64,000 nt of DNA. It comes from a virus (lineage: Duplodnaviria > Heunggongvirae > Uroviricota > Caudoviricetes). The position numbers and the translations under genes are program-made. The stretch is taken from the IMG/VR virus record IMGVR_UViG_3300021387_000529, positions 90,811-154,810 of that record; one strand, given 5' to 3'. Shown piece by piece: positions 54,987-63,621 of this stretch; the stretch's first letter is position 1; each line of letters opens with the position of its first letter. Below the pieces are notes generated by a model. It worked only from the letters and a program-made list of their open reading frames with translations, was not told the origin of the DNA and ran no database searches.

Positions 54987-56648
54987 ATGTCAAGAATCTC
55001 AAAAGCTGCAAAAGCAGTTCGTGAGTCAGAGGTTTTGCGCTCTGACGAAATCGTTAAAAACTTCATGGGTGGCGACTCTTACAAGCTCGACCCACTTTCT
55101 ACACTTCGCGTCATCGCTGCATCTTCAATTTTTGGTGAAGCATCTTATTACAGAGACAACGTAAAAGACTCCAAAGTTGAGACAATAGACCTTGGTGCTC
55201 GTTTTGGCACAGACAGTGATGAACTCAACAAATGGCTCAAGTCTTTTAATGGCCAGTCAACTACAACTGTATTCACAAAAGCGATTGATGCTGCTTTGGA
55301 CTATGACTTCGAAGGAACTTTGAAGCTCGCAGTAGAACTTCGTAAGAACTACAATATGCGCCTCAATCCTCAGGTTATCATGGTTCGTGCATCAACAAAT
55401 GCAAAGCGTGCTGCTTTCACTGAGAAAAATCCAGGAAAATTCTTGGAGTATGAGTCACAGGTAATGTCACGCGCTGATGAGCCAATCACTCAGCTTGCCT
55501 ATTACATCGCAACTAACAAAGGCAAGAAAAAGATGCCAACAATCTTGAAGAAAGCGGTTGCTAAAAAGCTCAGCTCTCTTGATGCATTTGCAGTTAACAA
55601 ATATAAGAATGCTGAAATCGGTATGATTAACGCAGTTCGTTTGTCACACGCAAATTCTGCAGTTCTTGATGAGTTGATGAAAACTGGTTCAGTTAAAGTC
55701 GAGGAAAATTCTAAGACTTGGGAACAGTTGAAGTCTGAAGGAAAAACTTGGAAGGAAATCCTTTCAACAATCAAACTTGGACATATGGCACTTTTGCGCA
55801 ACCTTCGTAACATCTTCACAGAGATTGACGACACAGAACTTTGTAAAGAGGTTCTCGACCAGTTGAAGAAAGGCGTTGTTAAAGGCAAGCAGTTCCCATT
55901 CCGCTATTACAGCGCTTACAAGATGATTGAGCAGGCTGACAAGATGCATCACAGACCAATGGTTCTTGATGCTCTTGAAGAGTGTATCGACATCTCTATT
56001 GCAAATATGCCACACTTGAAAGGCAAAACAATGTGTTTGTCTGACAATTCAGGTTCTGCTTGGGGCACTGTTACAACTGAGTATGGTTCTGTACGTATTG
56101 CTGAGATTGACAACTTGTCATCAGTTATTACAGCTATGGCCTCAGATGAGGGATATGTCGGTAAGTTTGGTGACAAATTGATTGTAAAACCAGCATCAAA
56201 GAGAAATGGCGCACTTGCACAGACAAAAGAGCTTACACACAATAAATGTGATGATGTTGGTGGTGGAACTGAGGGTGGTATCTGGGAGTTCTTCAAGAAT
56301 GCTATCGACAACAAAGAGAAGTATGATAACATCATAATCTACAGTGATATGCAGGCTGGAACTGGTGGACTTTATGGTACAGATAAGCACATCTCAGAAT
56401 ATCGTAAACGTGGATATGACATCGGCTCACATGTAAATGTGTACAAACTTATCCAGGACTACCGTAAGAAAGTCAACCGTAAATGCAATGTAATGTGCGT
56501 ACAAACAGCAGGTTATGACAATATGGTTGTTCCACAGATGTCATATCGTACAGCACTTTGTACTGGTTGGACTGGAAAAGAAGCATCTTTCTTGGACGCT
56601 TATGCAAAAGAGTGGGATGCTGTTGAAAATAAGAACAACAAGCAGTAA
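54987..56648 (+). CDS. rsr: Ro60 / TROVE-domain RNA-binding protein with vWA domain
   Basis: ~553 aa; NFMGG.SY, LR..YNMRLNP, TWEQLKS, MALLRNLRN, QFPFRYYSAY, MIDAS DNSGS, IYSDMQ; start ATG 54987 after GGAGG. Confidence 0.92.
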   Translation: MSRISKAAKAVRESEVLRSDEIVKNFMGGDSYKLDPLSTLRVIAASSIFGEASYYRDNVKDSKVETIDLGARFGTDSDELNKWLKSFNGQSTTTVFTKAIDAALDYDFEGTLKLAVELRKNYNMRLNPQVIMVRASTNAKRAAFTEKNPGKFLEYESQVMSRADEPITQLAYYIATNKGKKKMPTILKKAVAKKLSSLDAFAVNKYKNAEIGMINAVRLSHANSAVLDELMKTGSVKVEENSKTWEQLKSEGKTWKEILSTIKLGHMALLRNLRNIFTEIDDTELCKEVLDQLKKGVVKGKQFPFRYYSAYKMIEQADKMHHRPMVLDALEECIDISIANMPHLKGKTMCLSDNSGSAWGTVTTEYGSVRIAEIDNLSSVITAMASDEGYVGKFGDKLIVKPASKRNGALAQTKELTHNKCDDVGGGTEGGIWEFFKNAIDNKEKYDNIIIYSDMQAGTGGLYGTDKHISEYRKRGYDIGSHVNVYKLIQDYRKKVNRKCNVMCVQTAGYDNMVVPQMSYRTALCTGWTGKEASFLDAYAKEWDAVENKNNKQ

Positions 56649-56815
56649 TTTACAATGGTGACAGTTTGCTACTGAGCAATGAGGCCATGCGTTACGGAAA
56701 TGGCCTCATAAAATTGCAAAAAGCTAAACTGCAGAGCATGCTATGGGAGTCGTAACCTCTCATTTCAGCCAACTGTTTAAGAGCGGTTTCACCTGCGTCA
56801 GGTTGGCAATTTTTT

Positions 56816-56897
56816 CGGTCAGTGGCGGAATTGGCATACGCATCTGATTTAAGCTCAGACGCCGTGAGGATTGAGAGTTCAAGTCTCTCCTGGCCGA
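56816..56897 (+). tRNA. tRNA-Leu(TAA)
   Basis: Cloverleaf with long variable arm. Confidence 0.9.
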
Positions 56898-56907
56898 CTA
56901 TATTCTT

Positions 56908-57183
56908 ATGATGAATGAAGAACTACTTAAAGACATTGTTGAAAGCAACTTAAGTGCAGATGCAAAAGTTGAGCTCATGAAGCTTCTTCTCAGAGATAAA
57001 GAAAAGATTGCTCAGCCTTATGAAGTAGTCTATCCTTATATTATTGAGAAAAGAATTACACCACAGGATTGGGACCCTTACAAAGTTACATGTGAAGAAA
57101 GCGGTGACTCTCTATGGTGGAAGCAACACATAGCAAATGCAGCTGCAGATTGTGTAACAAATAATCCTGTAGTCTATAACTAA
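56908..57183 (+). CDS. Hypothetical protein
   Basis: 91 aa ORF. Confidence 0.6.
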   Translation: MMNEELLKDIVESNLSADAKVELMKLLLRDKEKIAQPYEVVYPYIIEKRITPQDWDPYKVTCEESGDSLWWKQHIANAAADCVTNNPVVYN

Positions 57184-57192
57184 ATTTTTAAT

Positions 57193-57588
57193 GTGAGGCA
57201 CATGATGAAGACAAATGTTGCGCTATATAAATTTTTCTGCGCAATTGTGAAACATGGTTTTCTTCAATATTCTGAAGAAAACAGAAATGGCGAAACGCCT
57301 TGGATAATTCTATCTTCTCTTTTAGAAGAAGATGAGGTCGTCCGTTTCAGCAAAGAATACAGCGCAATTATTGACTTCGTTGACAAAAAACAATTTTTTA
57401 ATTTGCATAAAACATATTCACTTTCTGTACGGAATGCGGATTTAGATATTTTCTTCAAAGAACTGTTCGCATATTCGCGTCTTCATTGGAGAGCTGACAA
57501 ACCAATTCAGTTTTTCATATTTAAAGTGTTTATTTCTAAACTTTGGAAATTAAGAATGCGCCTTGCATTAAAAGTGAGGAAAGCATGA
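57193..57588 (+). CDS. Hypothetical protein
   Basis: 131 aa ORF; start may be a downstream ATG. Confidence 0.6.
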   Translation: MRHMMKTNVALYKFFCAIVKHGFLQYSEENRNGETPWIILSSLLEEDEVVRFSKEYSAIIDFVDKKQFFNLHKTYSLSVRNADLDIFFKELFAYSRLHWRADKPIQFFIFKVFISKLWKLRMRLALKVRKA

Positions 57589-57845
57589 TGAAACTAAAGT
57601 TTGTTAAAGCGTTGCTTGAAGTTTGTGAGACACCAGACGAAATCGATGAAGTTTTCGATATGGCTGGATACGATATGTTCACAGATAGATGTGCTCTCTT
57701 AATTGAAAGAGATTGTAAATATTTTGACTTACCAAAAGAGCCAGCCGCTCAGTATGAGGCTCTGAAAATAATGTACACAAATAGCAGCAGCCGTATGCAT
57801 CGAAAAATACAAAATGCAAAAGACATTATAAATGAAGCTTTATAG
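57585..57845 (+). CDS. Hypothetical protein
   Basis: GAGGA RBS, ATGA coupling. Confidence 0.65.
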   Translation: MMKLKFVKALLEVCETPDEIDEVFDMAGYDMFTDRCALLIERDCKYFDLPKEPAAQYEALKIMYTNSSSRMHRKIQNAKDIINEAL

Positions 57846-57860
57846 TGTTAATATATAATA

Positions 57861-58635
57861 ATAAAAAGAGTGATGGTTGTGCCAAGTGCTCAATCATTAA
57901 GAGGTCGATTTTTTCGATACTCTTTAGAGAATGGCCAGGGAGTCCTAACAGATGCTGGACGGCTTAATCATCTTGCTGAACGGTGGCAAGGCATTCTCTT
58001 AACGTTTTAGTTATTATCGTAAAATAACTTGGCGGTCGGGAGTGCTTCTGGCACTCGACTATTCGGCTTAGAGAATTAAAACCTAAGCAATTGAACAAGG
58101 AAAAGTTCTAAAAATCCGCGGATAACACAAGTTGGCGTGATATTCTTGTGGAACGGCCTATTGCATATTAGTTTCCGGTGGAAATCCGGCAGCGAGCAAG
58201 TATGAAGGCATAGGGGCAACGAGATAATGAGAGTTCATTATCCAATCGAATTTAAGATTCGGATAAAGCTAAGGGTCTGCAGCTCTAGAAACCCAAAGCA
58301 TGAAAGCCCAACAACGGTTAGAGTCGGGCAACATTCCATTGACAGTACCCGCCGTAGTGTTATAAAAACCCACTAGGACGGAGGCATGTTGATAACGAAC
58401 AGATAAGATGGAACTCAACGACTCGGATAGTTTTACCAATAAGCTGCTTGTCTCCGAACACTAAGGGTAATATGATGTTGCGCTAGTCCCTCACGGTGGT
58501 GGACAGAAAAACTACGGAAACTTACATGTGGGCGATGAAGCCCACCTTCATTAAAAGGAACCTGGTTCGGTAATCTCAGTATCCATCTGAAAGCCTGTGT
58601 CGCGTAATGCTAGTCAGGAAAGTGCCACTTTTTAT
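57861..58635 (+). ncRNA. Candidate giant (~775 nt) ornate ncRNA (GOLLD/ROOL size class)
   Basis: No ORF, raised GC, more than ten hairpins, next to a tRNA array. Confidence 0.55.
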
Positions 58636-58680
58636 TTGTGGCCACCGAACTTGCTTTTATTTTTCAGACTAATTTTAATT

Positions 58681-59109
58681 ATGGGAAACTTATTTAGACT
58701 TTTTGAAAACGCAACTTCAGATGATATTGTTTATGTTCGTATAAATCAAAAAGGTGGCGACTACTTCATGCCTTGTGATGAATATGGTAACCCAACTGAA
58801 GATTTCGATTCACGAACAGCTGAGCTTGATAACGTTCTTGAAATTTTTGACTCTTATGGTGAGCCTCAGATGCTTTCACATAGAGGTGATCCAGAAAGTG
58901 GCCCATCTGAAAATGATATTTTCAACGATGGCGTTTATAAAATGTCTTTAGGCAACTTAAAAGCTGCTGTTGAAGAAAGTGGCATTGATACAGACTTCCT
59001 CGAAGTTGGAGATGGTCTATCAACAGCTTATGATGAAGGTGAGCCTTCACATGTTATTACTGACCAATATGACGACATCAATTCTTTGATTTGGGATGCT
59101 GATGAATAA
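58681..59109 (+). CDS. Acidic hypothetical protein
   Basis: ATG 58681 after an ACTAATT motif. Confidence 0.7.
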   Translation: MGNLFRLFENATSDDIVYVRINQKGGDYFMPCDEYGNPTEDFDSRTAELDNVLEIFDSYGEPQMLSHRGDPESGPSENDIFNDGVYKMSLGNLKAAVEESGIDTDFLEVGDGLSTAYDEGEPSHVITDQYDDINSLIWDADE

Positions 59110-59306
59110 AAAATAAAAGGTGTGTTCTGACCTAGCTTGGATTGGCGAGATGGGAAATCTAAGCGCTAAGAACTAAAGAGAAAAGATAAGAGGTAGTTAC
59201 TAAAAGTATGCGATAATTATCGAGGACCTCCGGAGCTGTTTTTTACACTTCGCAAGAGGGCAACTGCATTACGATTGCCCATTAAAGATGCATCTCATCA
59301 TCGGGC

Positions 59307-59336
59307 AATGCCACCTTTTTGGTGGCATTTTTTTTT
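59307..59336 (+). terminator. Rho-independent terminator
   Basis: AATGCCACC-TTTTT-GGTGGCATT-T-run. Confidence 0.85.
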
Positions 59337-59373
59337 GAATTTTTCTGCCTTTCCTCATATATTATACATGTAA
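59335..59373 (+). promoter_or_regulatory. Repeated sigma70-type phage promoter
   Basis: TTGAAT-N17-TATATT...TGTAA. Confidence 0.8.
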
Positions 59374-59384
59374 AGAGGTAAACG

Positions 59385-59906
59385 ATGCTCAAAGAAAAAG
59401 ACTTCCTTGTTAAATTAGCGAATGAAATCAAACTCGAATATCCGCAACTCACAGTGAATGTAGACTATGGTGAGTTCAAATACAGCACAATCACAATCAA
59501 AGGTGAAGGTGTAAATGAAGAGTCTGAGTTCTTTGACTTTAAGCTTCCTGAAGGACTTCGTTTCCTCATTGAGACACAAGCTGATGAAAATGGTTTCGAG
59601 ATTGACTCACTTCGTGGCGTAAGCCAAGCTGAGCTTCGTGATGAATGGCTCAAGAAAAATCCATGCCCAATTAAGCCTGAAGCTCCGAAAGTTGATAAAA
59701 GAACAAAAGCTGGCAAAATTGCCGCAACAGAATATGAAATTGAGCTTGAACAGTTCAAACTCAATCTTGACAAATGGCGAAAATTCCGTGATGAAAATCA
59801 GCCTAAGCCTTATGCTCGTGGAGTTGCGGTTGTTGGTTTTGCTGAGAAAGGACACGCTGAAGAAGTGATGAATTTCTATCGAGACACAAAATATTGGGGA
59901 GACTAA
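59385..59906 (+). CDS. Hypothetical protein
   Basis: GAGGT RBS. Confidence 0.7.
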   Translation: MLKEKDFLVKLANEIKLEYPQLTVNVDYGEFKYSTITIKGEGVNEESEFFDFKLPEGLRFLIETQADENGFEIDSLRGVSQAELRDEWLKKNPCPIKPEAPKVDKRTKAGKIAATEYEIELEQFKLNLDKWRKFRDENQPKPYARGVAVVGFAEKGHAEEVMNFYRDTKYWGD

Positions 59907-59908
59907 TC

Positions 59909-60088
59909 ATGAAATACTATGATGTCAAGTTCGTATGTGCATTTGCAAGAAACACACGCCACATTTATGCAAAGTCTTCAAGCGATGCATTAATCTCATG
60001 TATGAATAATCTTTCAAACATGTATGGTGATGGCGTTCATACAATTCCAGCATCATATGTCGTTAAAGTTTCAGAAAATCAGGAGTAA
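59909..60088 (+). CDS. Small hypothetical protein
   Basis: GGAG RBS. Confidence 0.55.
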   Translation: MKYYDVKFVCAFARNTRHIYAKSSSDALISCMNNLSNMYGDGVHTIPASYVVKVSENQE

Positions 60089-60090
60089 GC

Positions 60091-61041
60091 ATGTCTTATT
60101 ATTATTTTAATACATCAAAAATCATTGACAGGGCCACAGAACGGAACAAAACACAGAAATATGTCCGGCTCTTTTTCAAAGTTCCAATGAGAACTGTTCG
60201 TTACTATAAAGATAAGACTATATATGGCCATTTCACAAAAGCAAGAATTGAATGGGAACTAAAAGAGTCTTATGAAGACTATGTAAAATCACCAACATTT
60301 TCGCTTAAAGACGACAACTATCAGAAACATTTGCTGCGGCCAGAAGACAAGGAAGTTCTTTTCACAGATGACGAGAAAAATTTCCATAAGTTCTGTGAAG
60401 ACAACCATCTGGAATTCGATATTTTTCCAACTGGCTCTAACTATGAAAAGGAAAATTATTTCTATAACAACATGCATAAAGTTCGCAGCCGCGGTGAAGT
60501 TGTAATGCTCAACTTCTTCAATGCTCTAGCTTCAGAGTATGATGATGTTCTTTTTTCAGATAATGAAATATACTGTTCTTGGAACTCTAATTTTGAAAAT
60601 CTCCAGTTTGAGTTCCTCTTGTATATTCCTGAATGGGGTGAAAAGACACCAACTGAAATTCAGAAGCTTTTAGCAGCTGAGTTTGACAAATACAACCTCT
60701 TCAAAATCCTTGAAGACTTATACAGATGCCCACTTCCTGCGATTGAGATTACAATTAAAAACGCTGCTGTTCGAAAGACTACAATTGCAAAATGTGACTT
60801 CTCAAAGCCATTGAAAGACCAGTACGGTGTTGACATTGAAAAAGACGATGTTGTTATCTATCCTCATGGTGGTGACCATAATTTCTACGGATGTAAATTC
60901 GGTACTGTTGTAGAATGGGGTGACTCAATGGTTGTACTAAAAAGTGGAACAAAAAGACGCCATGATAAAATGGTTGTTGTTAGCTCTAGCAACAAGAACA
61001 AGAAACTTGGGTGGGAGTTGGATGGAAAGAAAGATGATTAA
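60091..61041 (+). CDS. Hypothetical protein
   Basis: AGGAG RBS, 316 aa. Confidence 0.75.
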   Translation: MSYYYFNTSKIIDRATERNKTQKYVRLFFKVPMRTVRYYKDKTIYGHFTKARIEWELKESYEDYVKSPTFSLKDDNYQKHLLRPEDKEVLFTDDEKNFHKFCEDNHLEFDIFPTGSNYEKENYFYNNMHKVRSRGEVVMLNFFNALASEYDDVLFSDNEIYCSWNSNFENLQFEFLLYIPEWGEKTPTEIQKLLAAEFDKYNLFKILEDLYRCPLPAIEITIKNAAVRKTTIAKCDFSKPLKDQYGVDIEKDDVVIYPHGGDHNFYGCKFGTVVEWGDSMVVLKSGTKRRHDKMVVVSSSNKNKKLGWELDGKKDD

Positions 61042-61405
61042 CAGTATTGATGACTTAAAGGTTGGCACGATTTTCAGATGTTCTTGGAATGGAATGGCTG
61101 ACTATTATCAACTTCTTGCTAAAACTCCAAAGTCGGTTAAGTTGATTGAGATCGATTGGGAAACTTGCGCTGCTCCAGAAGGTGAAAAAAATGATGACCC
61201 AACCTATCGTTGGACACGCATCAAACGTGATGAAAATGGAAAAGCTATCCCATATGTTGATTCTTTCACAGGAAAGACAAATGTATGTATTAAGCGAATT
61301 ATTAATCTACCTAAAGGTGGCGTAACATTTAAGTCACCAAATTATTCTGGTGATGCTCATGTTAGTATTGCCACAAATGACTATATGCAAATGTATTGGG
61401 GTTGA
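61034..61405 (+). CDS. Hypothetical phage protein
   Basis: LKVGTIFRCSW...DYYQLL. Confidence 0.65.
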   Translation: MINSIDDLKVGTIFRCSWNGMADYYQLLAKTPKSVKLIEIDWETCAAPEGEKNDDPTYRWTRIKRDENGKAIPYVDSFTGKTNVCIKRIINLPKGGVTFKSPNYSGDAHVSIATNDYMQMYWG

Positions 61406-61409
61406 TATA

Positions 61410-61811
61410 ATGAGCAAAACAAAAGTAAATAAACTTGTTCGTGATAAAATACCAAATATCCTTATCAAAGAAGGAAAAGCTTTTAAAGCATCTCATGTTC
61501 AGTTTAATGGCTCTTTCAGAAAAGAGCTTGCCAGAAAACTTGTTGAAGAAGCAGGCGAAACTTTGGAATGTGTTAATTGGTTTGACCATTTAAGCGAAGT
61601 TGAGCCAATGAGCGATAGTGAATGTGACCATCACATTGCTCGAATTACTGAAGAAATGGGTGACTTGCTTGAAGCGTTCATCACACTTGCAAAGTCGTAT
61701 AATATCTCAACTAACCAACTCTTTGATGCTGTGGCAGCGAAACGCGCACGATTTGGAAAATATGATGATGGTATTTTTCTTGAATGGGTAGAGGATAAAA
61801 AAGAAAAATAA
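61410..61811 (+). CDS. MazG-like nucleotide pyrophosphohydrolase (phosphoribosyl-ATP pyrophosphohydrolase-like)
   Basis: NKLVRDKIP, KLVEEAGE, EEMGDLLE, KRARFG. Confidence 0.85.
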   Translation: MSKTKVNKLVRDKIPNILIKEGKAFKASHVQFNGSFRKELARKLVEEAGETLECVNWFDHLSEVEPMSDSECDHHIARITEEMGDLLEAFITLAKSYNISTNQLFDAVAAKRARFGKYDDGIFLEWVEDKKEK

Positions 61812-61817
61812 AAAAAA

Positions 61818-61837
61818 ATGGGACCATATGGTCCCAT
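61818..61837. terminator. Bidirectional terminator
   Basis: ATGGGACC-ATAT-GGTCCCAT between convergent genes. Confidence 0.75.
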
Positions 61838-61849
61838 CATTATCATTTT

Positions 61850-62587
61850 TTAAATCGAGTCATAAGCTTCTTTTACATCATGCTCAAACTCTTCAATTGA
61901 AACACCAGCCCATTTTCCTTCAAGATTTGCCATGTTGTAAAGTTCAAATTTGTATTTTCCAGTGTTGTAATTCACTTTCAAGTCAAGATAAGCATCTTTA
62001 TCTTTAAACCAAATTGTCCATTCACCTTTTGCAAGCTCTTTCTCAATCTCGCCAACAAATTCAAGGTCGCGAAGAACAGTTGTGAGTTCACCTTCACTAG
62101 CAAGAATATTGTGTGAAACTTTAAATTCTTTCAAAGGCTCCATGTCTTTAACTGCAGCAACAGCGGCTTCAAGTCTTTTACGAACAATATCTGAAGACTC
62201 ACTGAGAACAACTTTTCCATCTTTAATGTTTCCAGCAACTTGTGCAGTTTTAATAAGGTCTGTCAAGTCGTGCTCAAACTCTTCAGTTGTATGACTTTCC
62301 CAATAGCTGCCTTCGCCAGCAAGAGCTGAACCCAAGAAGATTGTTGTTTCAGGCTCAGTTCCAACAGACCTTCTATATATTGTTGCTAAGATGTCATCAT
62401 CGTATTTCGAGCCTTCAAGGCCAATTTCAAAAATAGAGTCTGGACCTGCACCATGTGTAGGATGAACTCTAATATGACGCATTGTGAGTCCGAAATCATA
62501 TTTAAGAACATTTATAAAACATTCTTTTATTTCTCCATCACTAATACGGTCATTCTCTAAATTTTGGCGTGTTTCATTTAATACCAT
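61850..62587 (-). CDS. Hypothetical protein with two similar halves
   Basis: EEFEHD occurs twice. Confidence 0.7.
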   Translation of the reverse strand: MVLNETRQNLENDRISDGEIKECFINVLKYDFGLTMRHIRVHPTHGAGPDSIFEIGLEGSKYDDDILATIYRRSVGTEPETTIFLGSALAGEGSYWESHTTEEFEHDLTDLIKTAQVAGNIKDGKVVLSESSDIVRKRLEAAVAAVKDMEPLKEFKVSHNILASEGELTTVLRDLEFVGEIEKELAKGEWTIWFKDKDAYLDLKVNYNTGKYKFELYNMANLEGKWAGVSIEEFEHDVKEAYDSI

Positions 62588-63333
62588 TATTTTCTTCCTT
62601 TTAGAATTGACTCGAACAATGTGCTTTCTTTCAAGCCTACATCATAGAAGTCTCTACCATCATCTCTGTTACCTTCTTCATAGTCGTATGCATTCATATA
62701 GAATCCACCCATACCGTTAGAAGTATCAGTGTCACAGCTTTGATGCATGAGCTCTTCCCAGTCTTTTTCTGCAAGGTCTGGTCCAGCTGCAGCTTGCTCA
62801 TTTCTCCATGCAATTGGATAGTCTTTTGCAGGTGCGTCTGGGTCGTCCAAAGCGTCCCAACCTTCAAGCTCACGTGAGTCAGCTGCATAGTCTAGTTCAG
62901 ATGGATGATAACGATGTTTTCCAATTGGTCTGCCTGTCAATTCTCCAGTATAAACATCTGTTATTGGCTCATCAGTTTCTTCACCATATCCAAGAAGGTC
63001 ATCATCGTCGTCAGCTTCACGAATACGTGATTCGCCTAAGAATTCTTTCTCTGAGTCTGACAAATCATTCTTATGAACTCTCTCGCTAAAGTTTTTCTGC
63101 ATAAGAGTTACAACTTTAGTAAGTCCAGCTTCCAAGTCGTCATTTCCAAGTTTTCTAAGAAGTGGAATATACTTTTTGTTAGACTTGAGCCAAGGTATAG
63201 CAACAAATTTCATAAGTGTTTCAATTGAGCTATCTGCGATTCTTTTTTGGTCGAAGTGCATGCTGTATGCGTATCTTGCTAGGCTCATTGGCATTGTGAT
63301 TGAGTCCAAAAAGCCTTCATTAAGTTTAGCCAT
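62587..63333 (-). CDS. Acidic hypothetical protein (possible internal head protein)
   Basis: GAGGAG RBS; LNE/LKE/LFE motifs. Confidence 0.7.
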   Translation of the reverse strand: MAKLNEGFLDSITMPMSLARYAYSMHFDQKRIADSSIETLMKFVAIPWLKSNKKYIPLLRKLGNDDLEAGLTKVVTLMQKNFSERVHKNDLSDSEKEFLGESRIREADDDDDLLGYGEETDEPITDVYTGELTGRPIGKHRYHPSELDYAADSRELEGWDALDDPDAPAKDYPIAWRNEQAAAGPDLAEKDWEELMHQSCDTDTSNGMGGFYMNAYDYEEGNRDDGRDFYDVGLKESTLFESILKGRK

Positions 63334-63370
63334 TTTTTTTCTCCTCTAATAAAAAAATTAGTAGAAACTT

Positions 63371-63409
63371 TTAAACTTATTACATTAATCTCATATATTA
63401 TGTACGTAA
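63371..63409 (+). promoter_or_regulatory. Repeated sigma70-type phage promoter
   Basis: TTAAAC-N17-TATATT...CGTAA. Confidence 0.75.
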
Positions 63410-63419
63410 AGAGGTACAT

Positions 63420-63620
63420 ATGACTAAGAACGAACAGACCGTTTTTGAAGATATTCTTGAAAAACTTGGTTTTGGAATTAACGACGTTGATGACGGAAAA
63501 TATACCATTACACACCCTGAAACAATCCATCAGTCTGTAATTCAGACAAAAGGTTACAACTTGCGCTATTCAGTTCGAGCACTTACAAACTCAGAAATTT
63601 ACAAGGAGATTTGCCTTTAA
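63420..63620 (+). CDS. Small hypothetical protein
   Basis: GAGGT RBS. Confidence 0.65.
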   Translation: MTKNEQTVFEDILEKLGFGINDVDDGKYTITHPETIHQSVIQTKGYNLRYSVRALTNSEIYKEICL

Positions 63621-63621
63621 T

